Shown here piece after piece: positions 8,100 to 17,490 of a stretch of DNA of 64,000 nucleotides. The notes beneath the pieces were generated by a model. It was not told the DNA's origin, ran no database searches, and worked only from the letters and a program-made list of their open reading frames with translations. Made by a program: the position numbers and the translations under genes. Numbering within the stretch: the stretch's first letter is position 1; every line of letters starts with the position of its first letter. Source of the stretch: Coriobacteriia bacterium (lineage in GTDB: Bacteria; Actinomycetota; Coriobacteriia; Coriobacteriales; Eggerthellaceae); contig JAUMVJ010000008.1 in the NCBI GenBank assembly GCA_030530215.1, positions 403-64,402 of the forward strand. The letters are read 5' to 3'.

Positions 8100-10419
8100 G
8101 GCAGCTCCCCTCTTTAGGTGCGCCCGCAGGCGTGCTCTCGCGGCGCTCTGGCTCGATGCCGTAGACGCCGTTTTCGTAAGGAAGCGGCCGCGCGAATCGC
8201 GGCTCGTCCGCATGCTCGACGCGTCCCGTGACGCTTAGCGCGTGCGAGCGGCACAGATCGGTGCAAAGCCCGCAGCCAACGCACAAGCTCTTGTCGATGC
8301 GCGGAATTTCCTGCTCGTAATCCCAGCTCAAAGCCGGGCAACCGATAGCGCTGCAGCAAAGCTTGCAACCAGTGCACAGCTCACGATCAAGCTCAACCGG
8401 AGCATCGGGCTTCACCAACGAGGTGCACGGACTCTGGAAAATGATGGCTGCAGGACCCTCGAAATCGATGGCTTTTTTGGCTACCGCAATCGATTCGTCC
8501 AAGTAAAGCGGGTTAGCGCGCAGCACGCACTCAACGCCCAAGGCGCGAAGAACCGCCTCGATGCTGATGGGCTTGGTTTTGGGACCCATCAAGGTATTTC
8601 CCGTTCCAGGATGAGGCTGCGAACCTGTCATGGCGGTGGTTGCATTGTCAAGAACGCAGATGGTGATGTCGTGCTGGTTGTACACCGCGTTCGCCACGCC
8701 CGTCATGCCGCTGGCGAAGAAGGTTGAGTCGCCCACGAAGGCGACGGCCTTGCATCCGGGCTCGACCGTCGCAAAGCCCTGCGCCTGGGTGATGCCCGCG
8801 CCCATGCACAGGCAGGTGTCCACGGCGTCGAGCGGCTGGGCGTTGCCCAAGGTGTAACAGCCGATGTCGCCGCACATGCGCACGTTGGAACGTTTGCCCG
8901 CCGCGCGCTTGACGGCGTAGAAGGCACCACGATGGGGACATCCCGCGCACAAGATAGGCGGACGAACAGCCAAAAGCGGGCTGAGCACTTCCGCCTGCGC
9001 GGCGCTGCAATCGGGGTCGAGGTCGGCGACAACCAGCGAATACAGTTGATCTTTGGCCAGGTCCTGCGCACGATGTTCGGCGTCGAGCTTGCCTAGAACC
9101 TCGGCGCCCGCGCTTGTAAGCTCGGGCTTAGGGTCGGCAAGTTTGTCGGTCGGGTCGATCTCTTCAAAGCGCAGCCATTCGGCCTTTGCCGCGCCCTTCT
9201 GCACCGCCTCGGTGAAGCTGACGTGGAACTCGCCCTCCTCGGGGTCGCACCACGGCACCAAGCTCACGCCGGCGCGCAAATGGACGTCGAAGAACAGCGC
9301 CAGGCGCTGCAAGATGTCGGTCGTGTCGTTTTCGCAGCGGCTGCGCGTGGCACCGTCGAGCTTGCCGAATACGTCGTAGGGCAAACGGAACTTGCCCGCA
9401 AGCTTGAGCATCTCGTCTTCGAGTACATGGTCAAGCTCCTCAAGTACGATAACCGCGCCCAAGCCCTGAGCCCAGTCGGCCACCAGTTCTTCAGGGAAGG
9501 GATATGGGGTTCCCACCTGCAAGAACTTATAAGCGGGCAGGCACAGGCCGGCATCTTTGGCTTTCTGCTCAAGCAGAGCCAGGGCTTCCTGCGCATACGA
9601 TGCCGAAATGCCTCCGGCAACAATGCCCACGCGCGGCGTGGCGTAAAGCTCGGCGAAAGGAGCGGCAACCCCCTGCTCTTCAAGCTCGGCGGTAGAGGCG
9701 GCAGCCAAGCCGCCCAGGCTTCGCTGATTGAAGGCGGAAAGCGTTTTGTCCTCGCAATAATCCTTAGCTATAAGGCCCAAACGCTGGTTAATCTGGGCAT
9801 GGCCCAGCTTGGCGCGACGAGGGAAGATGACCCATTTGTCGTCTTTCTCGAAGCCTTCGGGCTCGCGCGCCTCAAAACTATCGGGCACCTCGAAGAAGGT
9901 GGACGCATGGCAGATGCGCGTGGTCGGGCGCACGATCACCGGCGTGTGGTAACGCTCCGACAAATCGAAGGCGGCGCGCATCATCTCGTGGCCCTGGTCG
10001 GGCGTTGCCGGGTCGAGCACGGGAACCTTTGCAAACGAAGCAAAACGACGCGTATCCTGCTCGGTTTGCGAGCTGATGGGACCGGGGTCGTCCGCGACGA
10101 AAAGAACCAGGCCGCCACCCGTGCCCACGTAATTAAGGGACATCAGAGGATCGCTTGCCACGTTAAGGCCGACCTGTTTGCAGGTGAACACGCCGCGCGC
10201 ACCCGCAAACGAGGCAGCGCTCAAAAGCTCAAGCGCGGCCTTCTCGTTCGTGGACCATTCAACGTGCACGCCTTTGGCGCTGCCTTCGGCATGCTTTTGC
10301 GCGATGGTCTCTATAAGTTCGGAAGAGGGCGTGCCCGGATAACCTGCGGCAACGCGAACCCCCGCCTCAAGGGCGGCCAAACCAAAGGCTTGGTTTCCCG
10401 TAAGGAATCGTTTGGTCAT
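8092..10419 (-). CDS. iorA: Indolepyruvate:ferredoxin oxidoreductase alpha subunit
   Basis: GYPGTPSSE, EWSTNEK, SSQTEQD, CAGCPH, GDIGCY, GDSTF...LDN TPP motif, C-terminal ferredoxin-type Cys motifs. Confidence 0.92.
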   Translation of the reverse strand: MTKRFLTGNQAFGLAALEAGVRVAAGYPGTPSSELIETIAQKHAEGSAKGVHVEWSTNEKAALELLSAASFAGARGVFTCKQVGLNVASDPLMSLNYVGTGGGLVLFVADDPGPISSQTEQDTRRFASFAKVPVLDPATPDQGHEMMRAAFDLSERYHTPVIVRPTTRICHASTFFEVPDSFEAREPEGFEKDDKWVIFPRRAKLGHAQINQRLGLIAKDYCEDKTLSAFNQRSLGGLAAASTAELEEQGVAAPFAELYATPRVGIVAGGISASYAQEALALLEQKAKDAGLCLPAYKFLQVGTPYPFPEELVADWAQGLGAVIVLEELDHVLEDEMLKLAGKFRLPYDVFGKLDGATRSRCENDTTDILQRLALFFDVHLRAGVSLVPWCDPEEGEFHVSFTEAVQKGAAKAEWLRFEEIDPTDKLADPKPELTSAGAEVLGKLDAEHRAQDLAKDQLYSLVVADLDPDCSAAQAEVLSPLLAVRPPILCAGCPHRGAFYAVKRAAGKRSNVRMCGDIGCYTLGNAQPLDAVDTCLCMGAGITQAQGFATVEPGCKAVAFVGDSTFFASGMTGVANAVYNQHDITICVLDNATTAMTGSQPHPGTGNTLMGPKTKPISIEAVLRALGVECVLRANPLYLDESIAVAKKAIDFEGPAAIIFQSPCTSLVKPDAPVELDRELCTGCKLCCSAIGCPALSWDYEQEIPRIDKSLCVGCGLCTDLCRSHALSVTGRVEHADEPRFARPLPYENGVYGIEPERRESTPAGAPKEGSCHD

Positions 10420-10429
10420 CTTTCACCCT

Positions 10430-10891
10430 TTATGCGTTGGCGGCGTCTTCCTTCATCCTCTTGATCAGGTCGCGCATGGACTCGTCGCCCGTGCCCAGAA
10501 TCTGCACGGCCAAAATGGCAGCGTTCTTGGCGCCATTGATGGCGACGGTGGCCACAGGCACGCCGCTTGGCATCTGAACCATGGAAAGCAGGGAGTCTAA
10601 ACCGCCCAGGTCGCTGGTCTTCATAGGAACCGCGATAACGGGCAAAGGAGTGTAGGCCGCAACGACGCCGCCCAGATGGGCCGCCTTGCCAGCTGCCGCA
10701 ACGATCACGCGAATGCCCCGCTCCTCCGCGGTGCTGGCCCACTCGTGGACGACGGCGGGCTTGCGGTGAGCGCTCGCAATGACGAGCTCGTAGGGAACGC
10801 CCCATTCCTCCAGCTGAGCCACGCAAGGCTCCATAGCGGGCATGTCGGACTGAGAGCCCATGATGATGCCAACAACAGGTGTTTCGGCCAT
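10430..10891 (-). CDS. purE: N5-CAIR mutase
   Basis: IIMGSQSD, SAHR, AGKAAHLGG, SMVQMPSGVPVATV, NAA. Confidence 0.96.
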   Translation of the reverse strand: MAETPVVGIIMGSQSDMPAMEPCVAQLEEWGVPYELVIASAHRKPAVVHEWASTAEERGIRVIVAAAGKAAHLGGVVAAYTPLPVIAVPMKTSDLGGLDSLLSMVQMPSGVPVATVAINGAKNAAILAVQILGTGDESMRDLIKRMKEDAANA

Positions 10892-11184
10892 GTTTGTTCC
10901 TTTCCATTGATGCCGCGCCGGGCGACAACAAAACCGCCGACGCGTCGCTTGCCCCGCAAAAACTTCGGCCAACAAGGACGGCCGAGCATGCAGGCAAATG
11001 AAGGATCGACGATAAACCTCTTCAAATGATTTCTTGAATTGTAACGCTAACAAGCGCACTTGCCCGTACGCGCGCGTACAAGATAAAGAAGGACGCCGAA
11101 GCTGGGCCCCAACATCCTTTTGCATTCAATATGGCAGGAAGCCTTCCGGCTAAAGCACGAGCAGAAATGCGCGCTCGGGCAGTC

Positions 11185-11910
11185 TTAGCCCAAAAGTTTG
11201 ATCGCATCCACCAGCTGCGCCGGATCGTTGACGATGGCAGAGGGCTCCTCTTTGGCAAGTGTGATGCCGTCGAAGAACTTCCCCCAGGTCACCGCTACCG
11301 ATTTCATTCCTGCAGCATGGGCCGCCTTCAAATCGAAAGGACTGTCGCCCACGTAAACGCAATGCTCGGGCTCAACCGAAATCGCAGCGGCGGCATTGAG
11401 CAAAGGCTCGGGCTCGGGCTTATGGGCCGTACTTGCCTCGACCCCGTTAACCACCTCGAAGAAGGGTGCCATACCAAAATGCTCAAGCCCCGCCAAGGCA
11501 ACGTGGCGGCGTTTTGAGGTGACCACACCCATGCGATAGCCCGCCGCCTTCAACTGCTCCAGCGCATCAAGCAAACCGGGGAAATCGCTGATGTTATCAA
11601 CCAAGTCGCACTCGTTGTGCTCGCGATAGACGGTAACCAAAGTATCAACCTGGCTCTCGTCGTCGGCGAACAATCGCATCTGCTCCACCAAGGGGATGCC
11701 GACTTTGGACGAAATCTCCTCATCGCTTAAATCGTGGCCCAGGACTTCCTTAAGCGCGAAGTGCATGCTGCTCAAAATGGCGTTGAACGTGTCGACCAGG
11801 GTGCCGTCGTTGTCGAAAAACACCACTTGCACCTGACGCTCAGGCGCAATGCCCAAAGCCTCAAGCGCCCCCGGCGCGCCGCTGTTCATCATTTCAAGCT
11901 TTTCCTGCAT
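11185..11910 (-). CDS. HAD-IA phosphatase (PpaX/Gph-like)
   Basis: FDNDGTLVDT, VTSK, KPEPEP, YVGDSPFD. Confidence 0.88.
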   Translation of the reverse strand: MQEKLEMMNSGAPGALEALGIAPERQVQVVFFDNDGTLVDTFNAILSSMHFALKEVLGHDLSDEEISSKVGIPLVEQMRLFADDESQVDTLVTVYREHNECDLVDNISDFPGLLDALEQLKAAGYRMGVVTSKRRHVALAGLEHFGMAPFFEVVNGVEASTAHKPEPEPLLNAAAAISVEPEHCVYVGDSPFDLKAAHAAGMKSVAVTWGKFFDGITLAKEEPSAIVNDPAQLVDAIKLLG

Positions 11911-12365
11911 AACTAAGATGCTCCTTCAAATAAAGAGGAAAGGTCTCGGTTCAAGTCCTGCATTGTATCCCCGAACCCGCCAAGTTCCAAAGCCGAGCAC
12001 TGCAAAGAATCGCCCCTCAAAAGAACGATTGCCGCAGCTTCGCGCCCGAGCATCCAGCCCGCAGCCGCAAGCGCTCCTTTTCGCCCTCAGCCTGCGATTC
12101 CGCTACCGCGCAAAGGTTAAGCGCAGGAAAAGCCTCCGGGTGAACGGCGTGTTTCGGGCGTTCAACGCGAACTTCAAAACCGTTAAACAACCCCTTTCCG
12201 CCAAATTGGATGTTCACCTTGGGTAACTCAAATATGCCAGGTGTTTGCTTTTCCATAGAGCGAAATTTTCCTCCGAAGAGCCCCAAGGGCGCGCCCCGAC
12301 GCAAAAACGTCGGTACGGCACCGCTCAACAGGGCTAGTTAAACGTCTTTCACGAACGGAGGCCCT

Positions 12366-12971
12366 ATGGAAGCGAGAAACCTCACCGCTGCGCCCCAGGC
12401 GGCGCTTCTGGCCCTTGAGAGAATCTTGTGCGATGCCCAAGTAGATCCAAAGGCGTGCTATCAGTGCGGCAAATGCTCAGCCGGATGCCCCGTTGCCGCC
12501 GACGCCGACATGACGCCGCGCCAGGTCATGCGGCATCTGCAGCTCGGGCAAGCTGAAGCCGTCTTGAAGTCGAAGATGCCCTGGCTCTGCGCCGGATGCG
12601 GCATGTGCCTGGCACGCTGCCCGCAGGAAATCGACCTGCCCAGCGTCATGCTTGCTTGCAGAAGGGAGGCGAAGCGCACGGGCTCGCCTGCCGTGTCCGA
12701 AGTTAACCGCTTCAACGACCTGTTCATCAGCGGAGTACGCCAACAAGGCACCTCCAACGAAACCACGCTGGCCATGCGCTACAACCTCACCACCGGACAT
12801 CTTCTTCAAGACGCCCTAAGCGCGCCCAAGATGATGAAGCGCGGAATGCTGGAGCTCCCCAGCAAGCAAACAAACAAGGCTGAGGAAGTGGCCGCCATTA
12901 TCGACAAGGCGCGCGCAGTGGAGCAAGCCGCCCATCCGCAAGCCGACGACGCGAAAGGGGGCACAGCATGA
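12366..12971 (+). CDS. hdrC: Heterodisulfide reductase subunit C
   Basis: CYQCGKCSAGCP and WLCAGCGMCLARCP; first gene of the hdr cluster. Confidence 0.88.
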   Translation: MEARNLTAAPQAALLALERILCDAQVDPKACYQCGKCSAGCPVAADADMTPRQVMRHLQLGQAEAVLKSKMPWLCAGCGMCLARCPQEIDLPSVMLACRREAKRTGSPAVSEVNRFNDLFISGVRQQGTSNETTLAMRYNLTTGHLLQDALSAPKMMKRGMLELPSKQTNKAEEVAAIIDKARAVEQAAHPQADDAKGGTA

Positions 12972-14092
12972 AATACGCGTACTTCCCTGGATGCTCGGCT
13001 CATTCCACCGGCATCTCGTACACGAAATCCTACGATTACGTCGCTCGTGCCGCAGGAATCGAACTGGCCGAGATTCCCGATTGGAGCTGTTGCGGGGCAT
13101 CGGCCGCGCACGCGGAAAGCGAGCTGTTGGGCGATGCGCTTCCCGCCCGCTCGCTTGCTCTAGCCGAGGAAGCCTTTGGCGACGCGCCGGTGCTCGCACC
13201 CTGCGCCGGATGCTACCAGCACCTTAAAAGCGCAAGCGCGCATGCGCAGGAAAACGAAGAACTACGAGCGCAGCTGGAAGACATCATCGGTCGCCCCTGG
13301 GCCGCAAACTCCTACGTCGCCAACGGGCTTGAGCCCTTCCTTCCCCAAGAAGTGCAAGAGAGCATAAGCGCCCGCGTATCCTGGCCGCTGAACGGACTGA
13401 AGGTTGCTTGCTACTACGGATGCGCCCTGCTGCGGCCCGCCGAGGTATGCGCCTTTGACGACGATGAACAGCCGCATACCATGGAGGAGCTCGTCGCCCT
13501 TTCCGGAGCCCAAGCCGTCGAATGGCACTTCAAAAACGAATGCTGTGGCGCATCGCACCAGGTGACCGTTCCCAGCCTGGGGCGCAGCATGGTGCGGCGT
13601 ATTTTCGAGAACGCCTATGCCAACGGCGCCGACGCCATAGCCTGCGCCTGCCCTCTGTGCATGCTGAACCTCGACATGCGCGAGGCCGAGGTAAATGCGG
13701 CGCGTGTTAAAGAAGGCCTGCCCGCACTCGACATCCCCGTCTACTACTTCACCGAGCTGCTAGCAACGAGCATGGGCGCGAATCAGGAAGAAAGCGGCAT
13801 TGGCCAGCACTTTCACCCCGCCACCAACCCGCACGGACGCGCGCTTGAATCATGGCAGCGCCAACAAGGTGTCCAAAAAGCTGCCGCAGAGGCCGAACGC
13901 GCCGCCAAGGAGGCGCAACGCAAAGCACGAGCTGCAGCACGTGCGGCTAAAGCCAAGCCCAAGGCGGATGCCGAAGGCAAAGCAAAACCTAAAGCGAATA
14001 CCACGCCCAAAAACGCAACTCCAGCCGCGAAACCCGCAGACAACACAGCGCCGACAACTGCGAAGGGTACTGAACAGGAGGTGATCGCATGA
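12968..14092 (+). CDS. hdrB: Heterodisulfide reductase subunit B
   Basis: Two CCG domains: YFPGC..WSCCG..PCAGC and YYGC..ECCG..ACPLC. Confidence 0.92.
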   Translation: MKYAYFPGCSAHSTGISYTKSYDYVARAAGIELAEIPDWSCCGASAAHAESELLGDALPARSLALAEEAFGDAPVLAPCAGCYQHLKSASAHAQENEELRAQLEDIIGRPWAANSYVANGLEPFLPQEVQESISARVSWPLNGLKVACYYGCALLRPAEVCAFDDDEQPHTMEELVALSGAQAVEWHFKNECCGASHQVTVPSLGRSMVRRIFENAYANGADAIACACPLCMLNLDMREAEVNAARVKEGLPALDIPVYYFTELLATSMGANQEESGIGQHFHPATNPHGRALESWQRQQGVQKAAAEAERAAKEAQRKARAAARAAKAKPKADAEGKAKPKANTTPKNATPAAKPADNTAPTTAKGTEQEVIA

Positions 14093-16071
14093 GCCGAATT
14101 GGAGTGTTCGTCTGCCATTGCGGCACCAACATCGCAGCCACGGTTGACGTGCAGGCGGTAGCCGATGCCGCGCGCCTCATGCCGAACGTGGCCTACGCGA
14201 CCACCAACAAGTACACCTGCTCCGACCCAGGCCAGCAAGCAATCGCCGATGCCATCAAAGAGCACGAGCTCGACCGCATCGTCATAGCCAGCTGCAGCCC
14301 GCGTATGCACGAGCAAACCTTCCGCAAGATGCTGGCCGAAAAAACCAGCATCAACCCCTACCTGCTGGAAATCGCCAACATCCGCGAGCAATGCTCCTGG
14401 GTGCACAAAGACAAGGCTGTCTCCACCCCCAAGGCCATCGACCTGGTAGCCATGGCCGTTGCCAAGGTGGATACCGACAAGAATCTCTATACCAGCACCA
14501 TCCCCGTGAATCGCAAGGTGCTCGTAGTGGGCGCAGGCATCGCCGGAATCCAAGCGGCCATCGATGTGGCCGACGCCGGCTTCCCCGTCACGCTGGTTGA
14601 GCGCAACCCCTCCATCGGCGGCAAGATGGTGAAACTGGATAAGACCTTCCCCACCATGGACTGCTCGGCCTGCATCTGTACGCCGAAGATGTCGGAGGCA
14701 GGCAACCACCCCAACATCACCATCAAAACGCTTTCCGAAGTGGAGAAGGTGACCGGCTACATCGGCAACTTCGAGGCCACCATCCGCGAGCGCGCCAAAT
14801 ACATCGACTACGACCTGTGCACCGGCTGCGGCGCCTGCGAGACGAAATGCCCCAGCAAAACCACCAACGAATTTGACGAAGGCTTATCGCTGCGCAAAGC
14901 CATCTATAAGCCCTTCGCCCAGGCAGTGCCCAGCAAGCCCACCATCGATGCCAAAACCTGCCGCAAGCTCACCGAAGGAAAATGCGGCGTATGCGCAAAG
15001 ATATGCCCCACCGGCGCCATCCGTTACGACGACACCGACCGCACCACCACCGAGACCTTCGGTGCCATTATCCTGGCCACCGGCTACGACCTTATCGATT
15101 GGACGAAGATCTACGGCGAATACGGCGGCGGGCGCTACCCCGACATCGTTACCGGCCTGCAGTTCGAACGCCTGGTGAACGCATCGGGGCCCACCGAGGG
15201 CCACATTCAACGCCCCAGCGACCACGCAGAGCCCAAAACGCTCGCCATCATCAAATGCGTTGGCTCGCGCGATCCGCACAAGGGCGTTTCCTACTGCAGC
15301 CGCGCCTGCTGCATGTACTCGGCAAAGCACGCGCACCAGTATCTTGACAAGGTGAAGGACGGCCGCTGCTTTGTCTTCTATATGGACGTACGCTGCGCAG
15401 GCAAGGGCTACGACGAGTTCTACATGAACACCCTGCACGACGGCGCCGTGTACGTACGCGGCCGCGTGTCGAAGATCTACCCCGAAAACGGCAAGCTCGT
15501 CTGCATGGGCGAAGACACGCTCTCCGGCCAGGTGGTGCGTGTGGACGCCGACATGGTGGTGCTGGAAACCGCCATGGTGCCCAACGAAGGCGCTAGCCAG
15601 ATAGCGGGCGTGCTAAACGCACAACGCGGACCCGAGGGCTTCTTCACCGAAGCGCACCCGAAGCTGCGCCCCGTGAAAACCAACACAGCCGGCGTATACC
15701 TGGCGGGCGTGGCGCAAGGCCCTAAAGACATTCCCGACACCGTGGCCCAGGCGGGCGCCGCCGCATCCAAAGTGATCGGCCTTCTTGCCCGTGGACAGAT
15801 TGAATCGAACCCGATGATCGTACAGGTAGACAACGCCAAATGCTCCGGCTGCGGCGCCTGCACCGACATCTGCCCCTACGGTGCCATCGAGCTTACCGAG
15901 GTCAGCCTGCGAGAGAACTCCCGAAAAGTCACCCGTACCGTGGCGAAGCCTAATCCCGGCCTCTGCCAAGGCTGCGGTGCCTGCACCGTCGCCTGCCGCT
16001 CCGGCGCCGCCGACCTTCTGGGATTCACCAACGAAGGAATCATGCGCGAAATGGAGGCGTTGCTCCGATGA
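14089..16071 (+). CDS. hdrA: Heterodisulfide reductase subunit A (FAD, Fe-S)
   Basis: IGVFVCHCGTNI, NIREQCSWVH, GAGIAG, LDKTFPTMDCSACI, CVGSR..YCSRACC, EAHPKLRP, GPKDIP, ferredoxin motifs. Confidence 0.96.
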   Translation: MSRIGVFVCHCGTNIAATVDVQAVADAARLMPNVAYATTNKYTCSDPGQQAIADAIKEHELDRIVIASCSPRMHEQTFRKMLAEKTSINPYLLEIANIREQCSWVHKDKAVSTPKAIDLVAMAVAKVDTDKNLYTSTIPVNRKVLVVGAGIAGIQAAIDVADAGFPVTLVERNPSIGGKMVKLDKTFPTMDCSACICTPKMSEAGNHPNITIKTLSEVEKVTGYIGNFEATIRERAKYIDYDLCTGCGACETKCPSKTTNEFDEGLSLRKAIYKPFAQAVPSKPTIDAKTCRKLTEGKCGVCAKICPTGAIRYDDTDRTTTETFGAIILATGYDLIDWTKIYGEYGGGRYPDIVTGLQFERLVNASGPTEGHIQRPSDHAEPKTLAIIKCVGSRDPHKGVSYCSRACCMYSAKHAHQYLDKVKDGRCFVFYMDVRCAGKGYDEFYMNTLHDGAVYVRGRVSKIYPENGKLVCMGEDTLSGQVVRVDADMVVLETAMVPNEGASQIAGVLNAQRGPEGFFTEAHPKLRPVKTNTAGVYLAGVAQGPKDIPDTVAQAGAAASKVIGLLARGQIESNPMIVQVDNAKCSGCGACTDICPYGAIELTEVSLRENSRKVTRTVAKPNPGLCQGCGACTVACRSGAADLLGFTNEGIMREMEALLR

Positions 16072-16631
16072 ACCAGATCACCGAAAACACCACGCCAGCC
16101 GTCGCCGATGCCTCACCGGCAAGCAACGGTGCCGCGAAGGAATGGCAACCCAAGATTCTGGCATTCTGCTGCAACTGGTGCACCTATGCTGGCGCCGACC
16201 TGGCAGGCCTGAACCGTATGGAATACCCCGCCGACATCCGTCTGCTGCGTGTCCCCTGCTCAGGGCGCGTTAACCCCCAGTATGTGTTGAAGGCTTACCA
16301 AAACGGCGTCGACGGCGTGCTGGTGTGCGGTTGTCACCCCGGCGACTGTCACTATGCCACCGGCAACTACTACGCCAAGCGTCGCATGCTCGTGTACAAG
16401 CGCCTGCTTGAATATCTGGGTCTTGAGCCCGACCGCTTCATCGTGCGCTGGATATCCGGCTCCGAGGCAGGCAAGTTCCGCGACACCGTGATAGAGGCAA
16501 CCGAGCGCATCCGCGAGCTTGGGCCGCTTTCAAACGACCTTCCCCACTTGGCGCCCGAAGACATTCCTCATCCCATCTCCGCCAAATTCGAATGGCTTGC
16601 CACCCCGAAGAACGCAAGGGAGGGACTGTGA
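16068..16631 (+). CDS. flxD: MvhD/FlxD-type [2Fe-2S] subunit
   Basis: FCCNWCTYAGAD, RVPCSGRV, GCHPGDCHY, WISGSE. Confidence 0.9.
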   Translation: MNQITENTTPAVADASPASNGAAKEWQPKILAFCCNWCTYAGADLAGLNRMEYPADIRLLRVPCSGRVNPQYVLKAYQNGVDGVLVCGCHPGDCHYATGNYYAKRRMLVYKRLLEYLGLEPDRFIVRWISGSEAGKFRDTVIEATERIRELGPLSNDLPHLAPEDIPHPISAKFEWLATPKNAREGL

Positions 16632-17479
16632 TGGATTTCACTGAACAAGTGCGCAAGCGCGCATCCCAACTTATCGAGGAAGGCACCGTGGCTTGCGTCA
16701 TCGGCTGGAGCGCAGGACGCCTGAAATACCAGCGCACGCCCACCTGCGCCGACACGCCCGAGCAAGCGTCGAATCTAGTATGTGACCAGCACTGCGAGCA
16801 TGCCTTGGGCAAATATGTGCTTGAGCAGAAAGACAAAGGCCGTGTGGGGCTTGTTGCCCGAGGTTGCGAATCGCGCGCCATCAACCGCCTTATCGCCGAC
16901 AGGCAGATCAACCGCGAGGACGTCTACCTCATCGGCATTCCCTGCACCGGCTGCACCACGCGCGACGGCGTGGAGCTGAAGCGCTGCCACGAATGCCAGT
17001 TCCGAAACCCTGTGATCTATGACGAGCTTTTAGGCGAGCCAGCGCCCGAGCCCAAAAACGACCGATTCGCCGACGTGCGCAAACTCGAGGCCATGAGCCG
17101 CGAGGAGCGTCGGGCCTTCTTCGACCTGATGTACGAAACCTGCATCCGCTGCCATGCCTGCCGACAGGCCTGCCCCTGCTGTACCTGCAAGGTCTGCTTC
17201 GCCGAGCAGGAACGCGAGGGGTGGCAAGGCAAGCAGTTCGACGTGGAGCAGGCGCGCTACTACGGCGTGACCCGTTCCTTCCACGTGGCCGACCGCTGTA
17301 TCGAATGCGGCGAATGCGAGCGCGTATGCCCCATGGGCCTGCCGCTCATGACGCTGATGCACAAGCAAATCAAGGATATCGACGAGCTGTTCGGGCCCTA
17401 CGAGGGCGGCGGCCTTAGCGATGAAGGCCCCGACGCCCTGCGCACTTTCAAAACCGACGACATCGAAGAGTTCATGTAG
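16631..17479 (+). CDS. flxC: 4Fe-4S dicluster protein (FlxC-like)
   Basis: RGCESRA, CIRCHACRQACPCCTCKVC, RCIECGECERVCP; position in the cluster. Confidence 0.8.
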   Translation: MDFTEQVRKRASQLIEEGTVACVIGWSAGRLKYQRTPTCADTPEQASNLVCDQHCEHALGKYVLEQKDKGRVGLVARGCESRAINRLIADRQINREDVYLIGIPCTGCTTRDGVELKRCHECQFRNPVIYDELLGEPAPEPKNDRFADVRKLEAMSREERRAFFDLMYETCIRCHACRQACPCCTCKVCFAEQEREGWQGKQFDVEQARYYGVTRSFHVADRCIECGECERVCPMGLPLMTLMHKQIKDIDELFGPYEGGGLSDEGPDALRTFKTDDIEEFM

Positions 17480-17490
17480 GGAGGCCCGGA

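Noticed and set aside
10892-11184. ZTP (pfl) riboswitch upstream of purE
   Set aside because: The conserved GACUGGCG and CGCCUGGG elements were not found.
12336-12353. Rex/CRP-like box before hdrC (AGTTAAACGTCTTTCACG)
   Set aside because: The half-site spacing is 2 bp too long and one half is mismatched.
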